Of a DNA stretch of 64,000 nucleotides, positions 45,300-54,157 are shown in pieces. Within the stretch, counting starts at the first letter, position 1. The number at the start of each line of letters is the position of its first letter. This stretch comes from Bacteroidales bacterium. GTDB lineage: Bacteria; Bacteroidota; Bacteroidia; Bacteroidales; GCA-2748055. Below the pieces are notes generated by a model, which ran no database searches, was not told the origin of the DNA, and saw only the letters and a program-made list of their open reading frames with translations. The stretch is from contig JAOZUK010000006.1 in NCBI GenBank assembly GCA_029938715.1, forward strand, positions 3,069 to 67,068, given 5' to 3'. The translations under genes were made by a program, and so were the position numbers.

Positions 45300-45710
45300 A
45301 TGAGCAGTACAGCTAAATCGCAGAAGAAGAAGAGTGTCCCGGAACCTCCCATGGAGCAACTAGAGATAGGGAATGTTCAATACCAAACCAGACTTACCTC
45401 CAAATTTCTGAATAGAGATAACTGGCAAAGGCCCGATGAACGCAAAGTGGGTGCAATCATTCCGGGAAGCATACAGCGCATCATGGTTTCTGAAGGCGAT
45501 GAAATATCACCAGGTACTCCAATGCTGATTCTCGAAGCAATGAAAATGAGGAATGAGATATTATCTCCATTGCAGGGGATTATTAAAAAGATCTATGTTT
45601 CAGAAGGGGATATGGTTCCTAAAGGTCATCTTCTGCTAGAGTTTGAATTGGCCCTCCCAGATTACATACTTCCGCAAACTATCGGGCAGGGAGGGTTGTT
45701 CTTTAAATAA
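45300..45710 (+). CDS. biotin carboxyl carrier (biotin/lipoyl attachment) protein
   Basis: 136 aa with the biotinylation motif LILEAMKMRNEI. The last 25 codons overlap the convergent ispE. Confidence 0.8.
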   Translation: MSSTAKSQKKKSVPEPPMEQLEIGNVQYQTRLTSKFLNRDNWQRPDERKVGAIIPGSIQRIMVSEGDEISPGTPMLILEAMKMRNEILSPLQGIIKKIYVSEGDMVPKGHLLLEFELALPDYILPQTIGQGGLFFK

Positions 45711-46460
45711 CCCGTAGAGCGATGAGCCGCTGCCACTAAGCGATGCGTAGATTGCGCCCCTGTTGTATAACTCCTGTTTCAATGAGTCCAATTGAGGGTA
45801 CCGGTTAAATACAGATTTCTCGAAATCATTCTCAATATGTCCTTTCCAACGACTCAAAGGTTCTTTAATGATCTCTTTCAACTGGAAACGGGGTATGGCC
45901 GGATTAACTCCTGAGTAAGCTTCCGGAGTGGAAACATGGATTTCCGGGAAGAGCAGAACCAGGTAGATCTCATCCATATTCAGGAGGAGGGGAGTCAGGA
46001 TCTCACCCCTGCCTTCCATCAACATGGTTTTCTGATCCAGAAAGAAAGGACAATCACTTCCAAGGTTTGCAGCCAGCTCTGAAAGTCTCTTCACTGTCAG
46101 TGGTTTATCAGCTATCGCATTCAATCCAAGCAGGGTGGTAGATGCATTTGACGATCCTCCTCCAAGTCCTGCTCCCACCGGTATCTGCTTATGCAGGTGA
46201 ATCTGAACCGGAGGAAGCCGGGTCTCCACTCTGATGAGTTCCCAGGCTCCATGGCATAGATTATTCTCCAGATCGCCTACGAAACGGATCCCGCTCTGGC
46301 TAAAAAGGAAGTCTTGGCCTGTAGTGGGTGATGTGCTAATTTCTAGAATATCACAGAGTCCTATCGGATGCATTACTGACTGAATATCGTGATATCCGTC
46401 TGCCCTTTTTTTTAGGATTTGTAATCCTACATTGATCTTGGCTGGAGAAAAATATATCAT
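45636..46460 (-). CDS. ispE: 4-(cytidine 5'-diphospho)-2-C-methyl-D-erythritol kinase
   Basis: 274 aa with PAKINVGLQIL, the GHMP motif PVGAGLGGGSSNAS and SGSGSS. Confidence 0.92.
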   Translation of the reverse strand: MIYFSPAKINVGLQILKKRADGYHDIQSVMHPIGLCDILEISTSPTTGQDFLFSQSGIRFVGDLENNLCHGAWELIRVETRLPPVQIHLHKQIPVGAGLGGGSSNASTTLLGLNAIADKPLTVKRLSELAANLGSDCPFFLDQKTMLMEGRGEILTPLLLNMDEIYLVLLFPEIHVSTPEAYSGVNPAIPRFQLKEIIKEPLSRWKGHIENDFEKSVFNRYPQLDSLKQELYNRGAIYASLSGSGSSLYGLFKEQPSLPDSLRKYVIWEGQFKL

Positions 46461-46589
46461 GGATTACAAATATATTTCATTTTTCAACATTTGTTAATTA
46501 AAACTTTGGTGGGGGTGTGCAAAAGTAAAGATTGGAGAAAATCTCCATAGGAACTGTATGATTACCTTTATGCTCCAAATTGAAACTCA

Positions 46590-48104
46590 ATGGCCAAACA
46601 ACAATTTAATACCCCTAAAAAAAATTCAGGAATTGCACTCGATTATGGGAAGATCCCACCACAGGCACTCGATCTGGAAGAGGCTGTCCTGGGGGCAATT
46701 ATGCTGGAAAAAGATGCAATCCTTTCTGTACTGGATATTGTTGAGCCTGGGAGTTTTTATAAGGAAGCCAACCAGCAGATCTATGAAGTGGCTCAATCTC
46801 TGTCCCAGGAGGAGAAACCCATCGACCTTCTCACTATCACAGAGGAACTGCGAAAACTGAATAAGCTCGAAGCGGTGGGCGGTGCTGTATATATTTCCCA
46901 GCTGACCTCAAGGGTAGGCTCCGCAGCTCACCTGGAATATCATGCACGTATTGTTGCGCAAAAATATATCCAACGGGAATTGATAAGGGTTTCATCAAAT
47001 ATTCAGGAGAGGGCCTTTGATGAAGGAAGTGATGTGGATGACCTTCTGGACTATTCCGAAAGGGAGTTGCTAAATATTGCTGAAGGACATATTAAGAAGG
47101 AGACCATCAAATTAAATAACCTGCTTAAGACCGCCATCGAACAGATTGAAGAAGCCGGGAAGAGGAAGGATAGCCTGAGTGGGGTTCCATCAGGTTTTAC
47201 CAGGCTCGACAGGATCACATCGGGCTGGCAGAGATCTGACCTGATTATTATTGCAGCAAGGCCCTCCATGGGAAAAACAGCATTAGTCCTCTCCATGGCA
47301 CGCAACATGGCTGTTGATCACAACAGGTCAGTAGCATTCTTTTCACTGGAGATGTCATCCATTCAGCTGGTGAACCGTTTAATCATAGGGGAGACACAGC
47401 TGGCATCGGATAAGATCAGGACCGGAAGGTTGGAAAACTATGAATGGGAACAATTGGAGTATAAGGTGAAGGACCTGGAGCAGGCTCCCATTTATGTGGA
47501 TGATACGCCGGCACTCTCTATTTTCGAGTTTCGGGCCAAATGTCGCAGATTGAAACAAAAATATGATATACAGGCTGTCGTCATTGACTACCTGCAGCTG
47601 ATGACCGGATCCAAGGATTCGGGCAGCCGGGAACAGGAAGTAAGTAATATTTCCCGCTCCTTAAAGAGTGTGGCCAAAGAGTTGGACATCCCCATTATTG
47701 CACTTTCACAGCTTAACAGGAGTGTAGAGATGCGATCGGGAAACAAGAGGCCGCAACTTTCCGATCTTCGGGAGTCTGGTGCTATCGAACAGGACGCTGA
47801 CCTGGTCCTGTTCATTCACCGCCCTGAGTATTATGGCATTGATGTGGATGAAGAAGGAAATTCATTAAAAGGAATTGCGGAAATTATTATATCCAAGCAT
47901 CGCAACGGACCTACAGGAGAAGTTCATCTGAAATTTGTTAGAGAGTTCGCGAAATTTGTGGATCTTGATGATACCCTGGCCATGGCAGAGGATGATGAGA
48001 ATGGATTAACCATCCCTTCAAAAATGAATCACGATAAAGAAGGCATGGCTACCAATAAAGATATTGGAATGAACAATGGTTTTGATGAACCGGCTCCATT
48101 TTAA
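46590..48104 (+). CDS. dnaB: replicative DNA helicase
   Basis: 504 aa with PPQALDLEEAVLGAIML, Walker A ARPSMGKTAL, then FSLEMS, IALSQLNR and KHRNGPTG. Confidence 0.96.
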   Translation: MAKQQFNTPKKNSGIALDYGKIPPQALDLEEAVLGAIMLEKDAILSVLDIVEPGSFYKEANQQIYEVAQSLSQEEKPIDLLTITEELRKLNKLEAVGGAVYISQLTSRVGSAAHLEYHARIVAQKYIQRELIRVSSNIQERAFDEGSDVDDLLDYSERELLNIAEGHIKKETIKLNNLLKTAIEQIEEAGKRKDSLSGVPSGFTRLDRITSGWQRSDLIIIAARPSMGKTALVLSMARNMAVDHNRSVAFFSLEMSSIQLVNRLIIGETQLASDKIRTGRLENYEWEQLEYKVKDLEQAPIYVDDTPALSIFEFRAKCRRLKQKYDIQAVVIDYLQLMTGSKDSGSREQEVSNISRSLKSVAKELDIPIIALSQLNRSVEMRSGNKRPQLSDLRESGAIEQDADLVLFIHRPEYYGIDVDEEGNSLKGIAEIIISKHRNGPTGEVHLKFVREFAKFVDLDDTLAMAEDDENGLTIPSKMNHDKEGMATNKDIGMNNGFDEPAPF

Positions 48105-48502
48105 TACCATTTTTCAGTCATCCAGGTTTCTATGTCCAGGTCAGGTTCCAAAAATCCATTTTCAAATGGGAGGGTCATCCAGGCTTCTATGACAGGGACA
48201 CTTTCATAAAGTACTTCTAACTCTTTTGCAAAGTAAGTCCTCGATACAATGGTGGGTTTGTCATCATTTGCCGAAACATCTCTTAAATCTCTATCAGGAA
48301 GATAATTTACCCAGTGTATCACATTCCCACTCTCCTCATTGTATTCGGCTGAATAGAACAATACCTCACTATTGTTATCGATAATCTTACCAATATTGAG
48401 ATTCGGTTCTTCTGTGGTTTCATGGAGGGATACAAGCTGGCCAAAGGAGATGGTGGCCAGGGTCACTCCTAAAGTGCTGAGAATAATTTTAGCTGCTTTC
48501 AT
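48101..48502 (-). CDS. small secreted protein, unknown function
   Basis: 133 aa with a signal peptide (TLGVTLATISFGQ). The C-terminal region has a repeated E.WMT motif. I recognise no family. Confidence 0.45.
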   Translation of the reverse strand: MKAAKIILSTLGVTLATISFGQLVSLHETTEEPNLNIGKIIDNNSEVLFYSAEYNEESGNVIHWVNYLPDRDLRDVSANDDKPTIVSRTYFAKELEVLYESVPVIEAWMTLPFENGFLEPDLDIETWMTEKWY

Positions 48503-48796
48503 GATGCTTGCGTATTGAGTTTTCTATTCTTTGACAGTCCTAATTCATATTTCGTGCCGAACTTTTTAAAGTGCAGTAAAACAGTCATATATACTGAAGA
48601 TAGACAAATGTTAAAATTAGATAATTGTGAACGAAAGTATGACATATATGTTCGCTTGCGTACACAAATGTTAAGGGGATATATTCTAAATTCTGACTCC
48701 GGTTAAATTTTTTGTGTGGATCGGTGCATCTTTTATTTTACGAATTTGTCTATTTGATTAAGGAAGTTCTGTTTGGTTTAATTAAAAGGATGTATA

Positions 48797-49693
48797 ATGA
48801 AGAAACTATTAGCTATTGGGGTACTCATTTCCACAGCCTTGATAACGGGTTGTTATTATGGACCGTGTATGAGTGGATCAGGTCAGGTAATCACTGAGAT
48901 GAGGGATATTACCGGTTTTACAGAAGTTAGAAGCGGCGCTGATTTTGAAGTATATGTAACCCAGGCTGATGATTACAATGTAGAGGTAGTTGCCTATGAG
49001 AACTTGATGCCCATCATCGAGACCTATATATCAGGTTATTCCCTGATTATTGAAACAAAGAATAATTCGTGTTACAAATCCGGTCTGCCAATAAAGGTGT
49101 TTGTCTCCCTTCCCGAACTGAATTTGCTAGAGCTCAATGGATCGGGTATGTTGGTTGCAGAGGTTTCAGAAGGCGAGTCATTGGAATGCGGGAATAGCGG
49201 ATCGGGATACCTGGCGGTGGATACGGTATTTGCGAAAAACCTTTACCTATCGAATTCCGGATCTGGTAGCATCGGTATGGAAAAGATTTATTCCAATGAA
49301 GTTAGAATGATTCAGTCAGGTTCAGGTTCCATTGATTCGGGTGAGGTGTTGGAGTCGAAAGGGGTCAGTATTAAGCATAGTTCTTCGGGAAATGTCAGAT
49401 CGAATGTTGTTGGCGGTTTGAACGTAAATGCCATCCTCAGCGGATCGGGAAGGATTGATCTTTCAGGAGATGTCCATAAGGCTGACTATACGCTCACTGC
49501 ATCGGGCCGAATTGATGCACTGGATTTAATGGCTTATGATGCAAGGACTACAAGTTCGGGATCGGGACTGATTTATGTGTGGGCAACTGAAAACCTTGAG
49601 GCCACTGTATCAGGTTCTGGAGATATTTTGTATCGGGGCGAACCAAGTACCAGCTTCTGGGTTATCGGTTCGGGAAGCATCAGGCCCTATTAG
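48797..49693 (+). CDS. lipoprotein with repeated GSG beta-helix units (DUF2807 / head GIN domain-like)
   Basis: 298 aa with the lipobox LITGC. It has about ten spaced [NQ]SGSG[SY][IL] repeats, typical of DUF2807-type right-handed beta-helix proteins. Confidence 0.6.
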   Translation: MKKLLAIGVLISTALITGCYYGPCMSGSGQVITEMRDITGFTEVRSGADFEVYVTQADDYNVEVVAYENLMPIIETYISGYSLIIETKNNSCYKSGLPIKVFVSLPELNLLELNGSGMLVAEVSEGESLECGNSGSGYLAVDTVFAKNLYLSNSGSGSIGMEKIYSNEVRMIQSGSGSIDSGEVLESKGVSIKHSSSGNVRSNVVGGLNVNAILSGSGRIDLSGDVHKADYTLTASGRIDALDLMAYDARTTSSGSGLIYVWATENLEATVSGSGDILYRGEPSTSFWVIGSGSIRPY

Positions 49694-50364
49694 AGATCTG
49701 ATCCTCCAACAACAATAACTATTTCACCTTTTACAGTACCCTTACTGAAGTGTTGATGAAGCTCCTCAAGGGTACCTCTTACGGTCTCCTCATGAACTTT
49801 GGTAAGTTCCCTGGAGACCGATCCTTTTCTGTGGGGACCGAAATGCTCGGAGAGTTGTATAAGTGTTTTCGTAAGTCTGTGAGGGGACTCATAAAACACC
49901 AGGGTTCGTTTCTCTGCAGATAGCTCGGTCAATCGTTTCTGACGGCCTTTTTTTGGTGGCAGGAATCCTTCAAAAATAAACCGTTCTGATGGTAATCCCG
50001 AATTTACAAGCGCAGGAACAAATGCTGTGGGACCTGGTAGAGATTCCACTTCAATCTCATTTTCAATGCAGGCTCTTACCAGCAGGAATCCCGGATCCGA
50101 AATCCCCGGTGTCCCTGCATCGGTGATCAATGCCATTGATATCCCTGACAGCAATCTTTGAATCAGAGAATCAAGGGTGCGATGTTCATTAAATTTATGG
50201 TGGGATTGAAGGGGTTTGCTGATGTTCAGATGCCTGAGCAGGTTGCCGGATTTACGTGTATCCTCAGCTATCACCAAATCGACCTCTTTTAATGTCTCTA
50301 TGGCTCTTAATGTAATGTCTCCCAGGTTTCCTATGGGTGTTGGAACAAGGTACAGTTTTGACAT
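49690..50364 (-). CDS. rsmI: 16S rRNA (cytidine1402-2'-O)-methyltransferase
   Basis: 224 aa with LYLVPTPIGNLGDITLRAIETLKEVDLVIAEDTR and SDPGF. Confidence 0.92.
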   Translation of the reverse strand: MSKLYLVPTPIGNLGDITLRAIETLKEVDLVIAEDTRKSGNLLRHLNISKPLQSHHKFNEHRTLDSLIQRLLSGISMALITDAGTPGISDPGFLLVRACIENEIEVESLPGPTAFVPALVNSGLPSERFIFEGFLPPKKGRQKRLTELSAEKRTLVFYESPHRLTKTLIQLSEHFGPHRKGSVSRELTKVHEETVRGTLEELHQHFSKGTVKGEIVIVVGGSDL

Positions 50365-50365
50365 G

Positions 50366-51079
50366 TTACGCGCGTAAGAACTTTCGTTTAACCAATCCTG
50401 CCAGTATTCCTACACCATCATGATCACTGGTGTCTGCAAATTGGCTATTCAATATCCCAATAGCTACCTGGTAATTTTCGGCGCCATCGAGGTTACTGAC
50501 CATTTTGCTGAACTCTTCAGAATCACCTGAGAACAACTCCCTTATGATCAAAAACCGATCATTGATACCAATGTTTCGGATAATACTGTCAATGGGTTGC
50601 CCAATGAGCTTTGATTCCATATTTGTTTCCCTTTGTCCGGCCATGTTCTCATTGATGCTGGATTCGGTCGCAAACTTATCTGCAATGATCCTGGCATCTC
50701 TGGATTTCTTAGTGGGGGAAGCTGGCTCTGGCCCAGGATCAGGCTCAGGTTCTGGTTCAGGCCCAGGTTCAGGAATTGGTTCTGGTTCAGGAATTGGTTC
50801 TAGCTCAGGAATGGGTTCTGGTTCTTGAGCTGGTTCTGGAATGCCTTCGCTTTCGGGATGAATAAGCTCATCCAAACGGTCTGCCTTGATCATAGTGAGT
50901 ATCTCGTACACATTTCTCATTTTGGACAGAGCAAGATCAAGTTCGATGGCTGAACCATCCTGATAAATTTGAAGGTTCCCGACCAATTTTTCTATATCTT
51001 GTATATCTTTAGTCAGGATTTCTATGGTGTGTTTTAATTCCATAATGGTTTCTGCATTTTTCCAATGAGGTTCGTACAA
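50366..51079 (-). CDS. hypothetical protein with central Pro-Glu repeat linker
   Basis: 237 aa. Structured N- and C-terminal parts flank [39 protein letters not shown]. Confidence 0.55.
   Translation of the reverse strand: MYEPHWKNAETIMELKHTIEILTKDIQDIEKLVGNLQIYQDGSAIELDLALSKMRNVYEILTMIKADRLDELIHPESEGIPEPAQEPEPIPELEPIPEPEPIPEPGPEPEPEPDPGPEPASPTKKSRDARIIADKFATESSINENMAGQRETNMESKLIGQPIDSIIRNIGINDRFLIIRELFSGDSEEFSKMVSNLDGAENYQVAIGILNSQFADTSDHDGVGILAGLVKRKFLRA
50721..50838. repeat. degenerate 6-nt / 18-nt tandem repeat (coding, Pro-Glu linker)
   Basis: The plus strand reads ...GGCTCTGGCCCAGGATCAGGCTCAGGTTCTGGTTCAGGCCCAGGTTCAGGAATTGGTTCTGGTTCAGGAATTGGTTCTAGCTCAGGAATGGGTTCTGGTTC... The 18-nt unit CAGGAATTGGTTCTGGTT recurs. 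Confidence 0.75.
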
Positions 51080-51111
51080 AACTAACGATATTCTTTATAT
51101 AATCTTATAAC

Positions 51112-51693
51112 ATGTTTCTTGAAAACACGGTAGATAGAGCCAGTGGACAGGGTTGGATTGAGGTGATAGCCGGTTCCATGTTTTCAGGGAAGACAGAAGA
51201 ACTTATCCGGCGGTTGAAAAGGGCGAGATTTGCAAAGCAAAAGGTGGAAATCTTTAAACCACGGATTGAGGTAAGGTACTCGGTAGATGAGGTGGTATCG
51301 CACGATGACAATAGCATACATAGTACTCCTGTGGATTCTGCAGCCAACATTATCCTTCTTGCTAATGAAGTGGAGGTGGTCGGAATTGATGAGGCTCAAT
51401 TTTTCGATAACGGACTGGTTGATATTTGTAATCAGCTTGCATACAGCGGAATAAGGGTAATTGTTGCAGGTCTCGATATGGATTACCGGGGTGCTCCTTT
51501 CGGGCCTATGCCGCAATTAATGGCCATCGCTGAGTATGTAACCAAAGTCCATGCCATTTGCGTCAGGTGTGGAACGCTGGCCCATTATACCCATCGGTTA
51601 TCTGAAGATGACAAGTTGATTGTTCTGGGTGAAACAGATATCTATGAACCTCTTTGCAGGTCCTGCTTCTCGAAAGCCAATCCTAAGAAATAG
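51112..51693 (+). CDS. tdk: thymidine kinase
   Basis: 193 aa with the P-loop [14 protein letters not shown], then IDEAQFF and the zinc ribbon CVRCG...CRSC. Confidence 0.95.
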   Translation: MFLENTVDRASGQGWIEVIAGSMFSGKTEELIRRLKRARFAKQKVEIFKPRIEVRYSVDEVVSHDDNSIHSTPVDSAANIILLANEVEVVGIDEAQFFDNGLVDICNQLAYSGIRVIVAGLDMDYRGAPFGPMPQLMAIAEYVTKVHAICVRCGTLAHYTHRLSEDDKLIVLGETDIYEPLCRSCFSKANPKK

Positions 51694-51698
51694 CCTTC

Positions 51699-54155
51699 AT
51701 GAAACCTCAATGGAAATTAAGCTTTATTGGAACCCGGTTGAATGGGAAGGTCTATGGGAATGGAGATATAACCATATCTACCCTGGCCATAGACAGCAGA
51801 ACAATAACCCTATCCGAATCCACCCTTTTCGTTGCGCTTACTGGCGACCAGCATGATGGTCATGACTACATCAATGAACTTTACCATCGGGGAATCAGGG
51901 CGTTTCTGGTATCCCGACCACAGGATGTCAGTGCCTTTCCAGGGGCTGGATTCTGCCTGGTGGACAATTCTCTCGCTGGTTTACAGAGACTGGCCATGGA
52001 ATGGCGCAGCAGGTATGGAGGCAAGGTAGTCGCCCTCACCGGCAGCAATGGAAAGACCATTGTGAAGGAGTGGATATACCAGTGTATGGGTGATACGCTG
52101 AATGTTCACCGGAGTCCCAAGAGTTACAATAGCCAGGTAGGTGTTCCGTTATCAGTCTGGATGATTGGTGATCATCACGATTTAGCGGTGATTGAGGCTG
52201 GAATATCTCATCCCGGTGAGATGGATAAGTTGCAAAGAATCATTAATCCGGATGTGGGAATCATTACAAACCTGGGGGGAGCCCACCAGGAAAACTTCTC
52301 TAGTTTTGATGAGAAAATTGTTGAGAAGCTAAAACTCTTTAAGGGGTGTGAAAAGATTATTTGTAGGGCTGATGCAATGGCGGGACCGAAACCACTGCAC
52401 ACCTATTTACAGGAACTCGGTGTACCTGTTGTGGATTGGAGTCTGGACGGAGATGCTAAATATTCCTATAAAATTTTAAAAAGGAGTACAGCCCAAACCG
52501 AGATATCACTCACAATTCAAGGTAAAGAAATAACCTTCAGATTGCCTTTTGGGGACGATGCTTCCATTGAGAATGCTTTGCATGCGCTCACATTTTCAAT
52601 TGATTTTGGACGTCCGGTCCATACAGCTGTTAAAAGTATAGAGAGTCTCGAGCCTGTATCCATGCGGCTTGAGATGCTTCAGGGCATCCAGGGTAGCCTG
52701 ATTATCAATGACACCTATAATTCTGATACGGGAGGCTTACAGGCAGCACTTGAGCTGGTGGGACAGCACGAAAAGAAAAAAGGGAAGGTGGTAATTTTAT
52801 CTGATCTGTTGCAAAGCGGCAGGGAGGAGCATGCATTGTATGCAGAGATTGCCGGATTGCTAATACATAAGAAAATCACCCTGTTTATTGGAATAGGCCC
52901 CGCGCTGATGCATCATCGGGCCTTATTTAAGGATAATTCACTGTTCTTTAGGGAGACGGATGAGTTCATAAAGAGGATGGACCGGACCCTGTTTGTGGAG
53001 AGGATTATCCTGATTAAGGGCTCCCGGCGATTTGGATTTGAGCGAATTACTGCTGAATTACAGCTTAAAACCCACCAGACCCGTTTGGAGATCGACCTGA
53101 ATGCAATGGTTCATAACCTGAACTACTTCAGATCGATTCTGGAAAGCGGTGTCAAGACCATGGTGATGGTTAAGGCACTTTCGTATGGCAGTGGAAGTGT
53201 GGAGATTGCCAATCTTTTACAGTTCCATAAAGTGGACTATATGGCAGTGGCATTCATCGATGAAGGGGTAGAGTTGCGCAAAGCGGGAGTACACTCTCCA
53301 ATTATGGTCCTTAATCCCGATCCATCCGGTTTTGGTACCATGGTGGATTATCAGCTTGAACCTGAGATATATAGTTTAGGGGTTGTGAAGACCCTGTATA
53401 ACCTGGCTCACTACAGGGGTATCAAGCAGTATCCAATTCATATTAAGCTGGATACCGGGATGCACAGACTGGGTTTTCAGGAATCCGGAATTGAAGAACT
53501 TATACCCTGGTTACTCCACTCTGAGTTTCGTGTTGTCAGTGTATTCAGTCACCTGGTTGCCAGCGATCAGCCTGAACATGATGACTTTACCCGTGAACAG
53601 ATCGGTTCATTCAGGCGATACGCCAGGGTGATTAGTAATTCTATAGGGGAAACATTTGACCTTCATATTCTTAATTCGGCGGGAATTGAACGTTTCCCCG
53701 AAGCACAATTTGATATGGTCAGACTGGGGATCGGCCTTCATGGAATCGGACAATCCACATATTTAAAACCGGTAAGTTCATTTAAGACCACCATTTCTCA
53801 GATCCGAACTGTAGCTGTCGGTGATTCTGTGGGCTACTCACGAAGTGGGGTGGTAGAGCGCACCAGTCAAATCGCCACAATTCCTGTGGGATATGCCGAC
53901 GGGCTGAGCAGAAGATTGGGAAATGGAATTGGAAGTGTCTGGATTAATGGAATGGCCGCACCCACTTTTGGGGACATATGCATGGACATGACCATGATAG
54001 ATGTTACGGGTCTTGAAGTTCTGGAAGGGGATACGATTGAAATTTTTGGCAGTCAACAGAAGGTAAAGGAGATAGCCAGCATCACAGGAACAATCCCTTA
54101 TGAAATTCTGACGTCGATTCCGGAGCGGGTGAAAAGAGTATATTTGCAGGAGTAG
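51699..54155 (+). CDS. murF/alr: bifunctional UDP-N-acetylmuramoyl-tripeptide--D-alanyl-D-alanine ligase / alanine racemase
   Basis: 818 aa. The N-terminal Mur ligase part has ALTGSNGKTIVKEW and NDTYNSD. The C-terminal ~370 aa are alanine racemase-like (VMVKALSYGSG PLP-lysine block, VRLGIGLHG, PVGYADG). This fusion is standard in Bacteroidota annotation. Confidence 0.88.
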   Translation: MKPQWKLSFIGTRLNGKVYGNGDITISTLAIDSRTITLSESTLFVALTGDQHDGHDYINELYHRGIRAFLVSRPQDVSAFPGAGFCLVDNSLAGLQRLAMEWRSRYGGKVVALTGSNGKTIVKEWIYQCMGDTLNVHRSPKSYNSQVGVPLSVWMIGDHHDLAVIEAGISHPGEMDKLQRIINPDVGIITNLGGAHQENFSSFDEKIVEKLKLFKGCEKIICRADAMAGPKPLHTYLQELGVPVVDWSLDGDAKYSYKILKRSTAQTEISLTIQGKEITFRLPFGDDASIENALHALTFSIDFGRPVHTAVKSIESLEPVSMRLEMLQGIQGSLIINDTYNSDTGGLQAALELVGQHEKKKGKVVILSDLLQSGREEHALYAEIAGLLIHKKITLFIGIGPALMHHRALFKDNSLFFRETDEFIKRMDRTLFVERIILIKGSRRFGFERITAELQLKTHQTRLEIDLNAMVHNLNYFRSILESGVKTMVMVKALSYGSGSVEIANLLQFHKVDYMAVAFIDEGVELRKAGVHSPIMVLNPDPSGFGTMVDYQLEPEIYSLGVVKTLYNLAHYRGIKQYPIHIKLDTGMHRLGFQESGIEELIPWLLHSEFRVVSVFSHLVASDQPEHDDFTREQIGSFRRYARVISNSIGETFDLHILNSAGIERFPEAQFDMVRLGIGLHGIGQSTYLKPVSSFKTTISQIRTVAVGDSVGYSRSGVVERTSQIATIPVGYADGLSRRLGNGIGSVWINGMAAPTFGDICMDMTMIDVTGLEVLEGDTIEIFGSQQKVKEIASITGTIPYEILTSIPERVKRVYLQE

Positions 54156-54157
54156 CT

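Noticed and set aside
48101-48104. Three convergent gene pairs share 4-nt overlapping stop codons (48101..48104, 49690..49693, 56017..56020)
   Set aside because: This is real but is a common consequence of genome compaction (TTAA/CTAA-type shared stops). There is no evidence of special function.
48515-48897. Track ORFs 48515..48706 and 48712..48897 in the AT-rich intergenic region
   Set aside because: Their translations show AT-rich codon bias and have no signal or motif. The second overlaps the well-supported start of the lipoprotein gene at 48797. They are probably non-coding promoter DNA.
49100-49650. Regularly spaced GGATCGGG/GGTTCAGG-type repeats that could be mistaken for an array
   Set aside because: They are in frame and encode the SGSG turns of a beta-helix lipoprotein (DUF2807-like). 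Spacing and sequence are degenerate, so this is not a CRISPR-like array.
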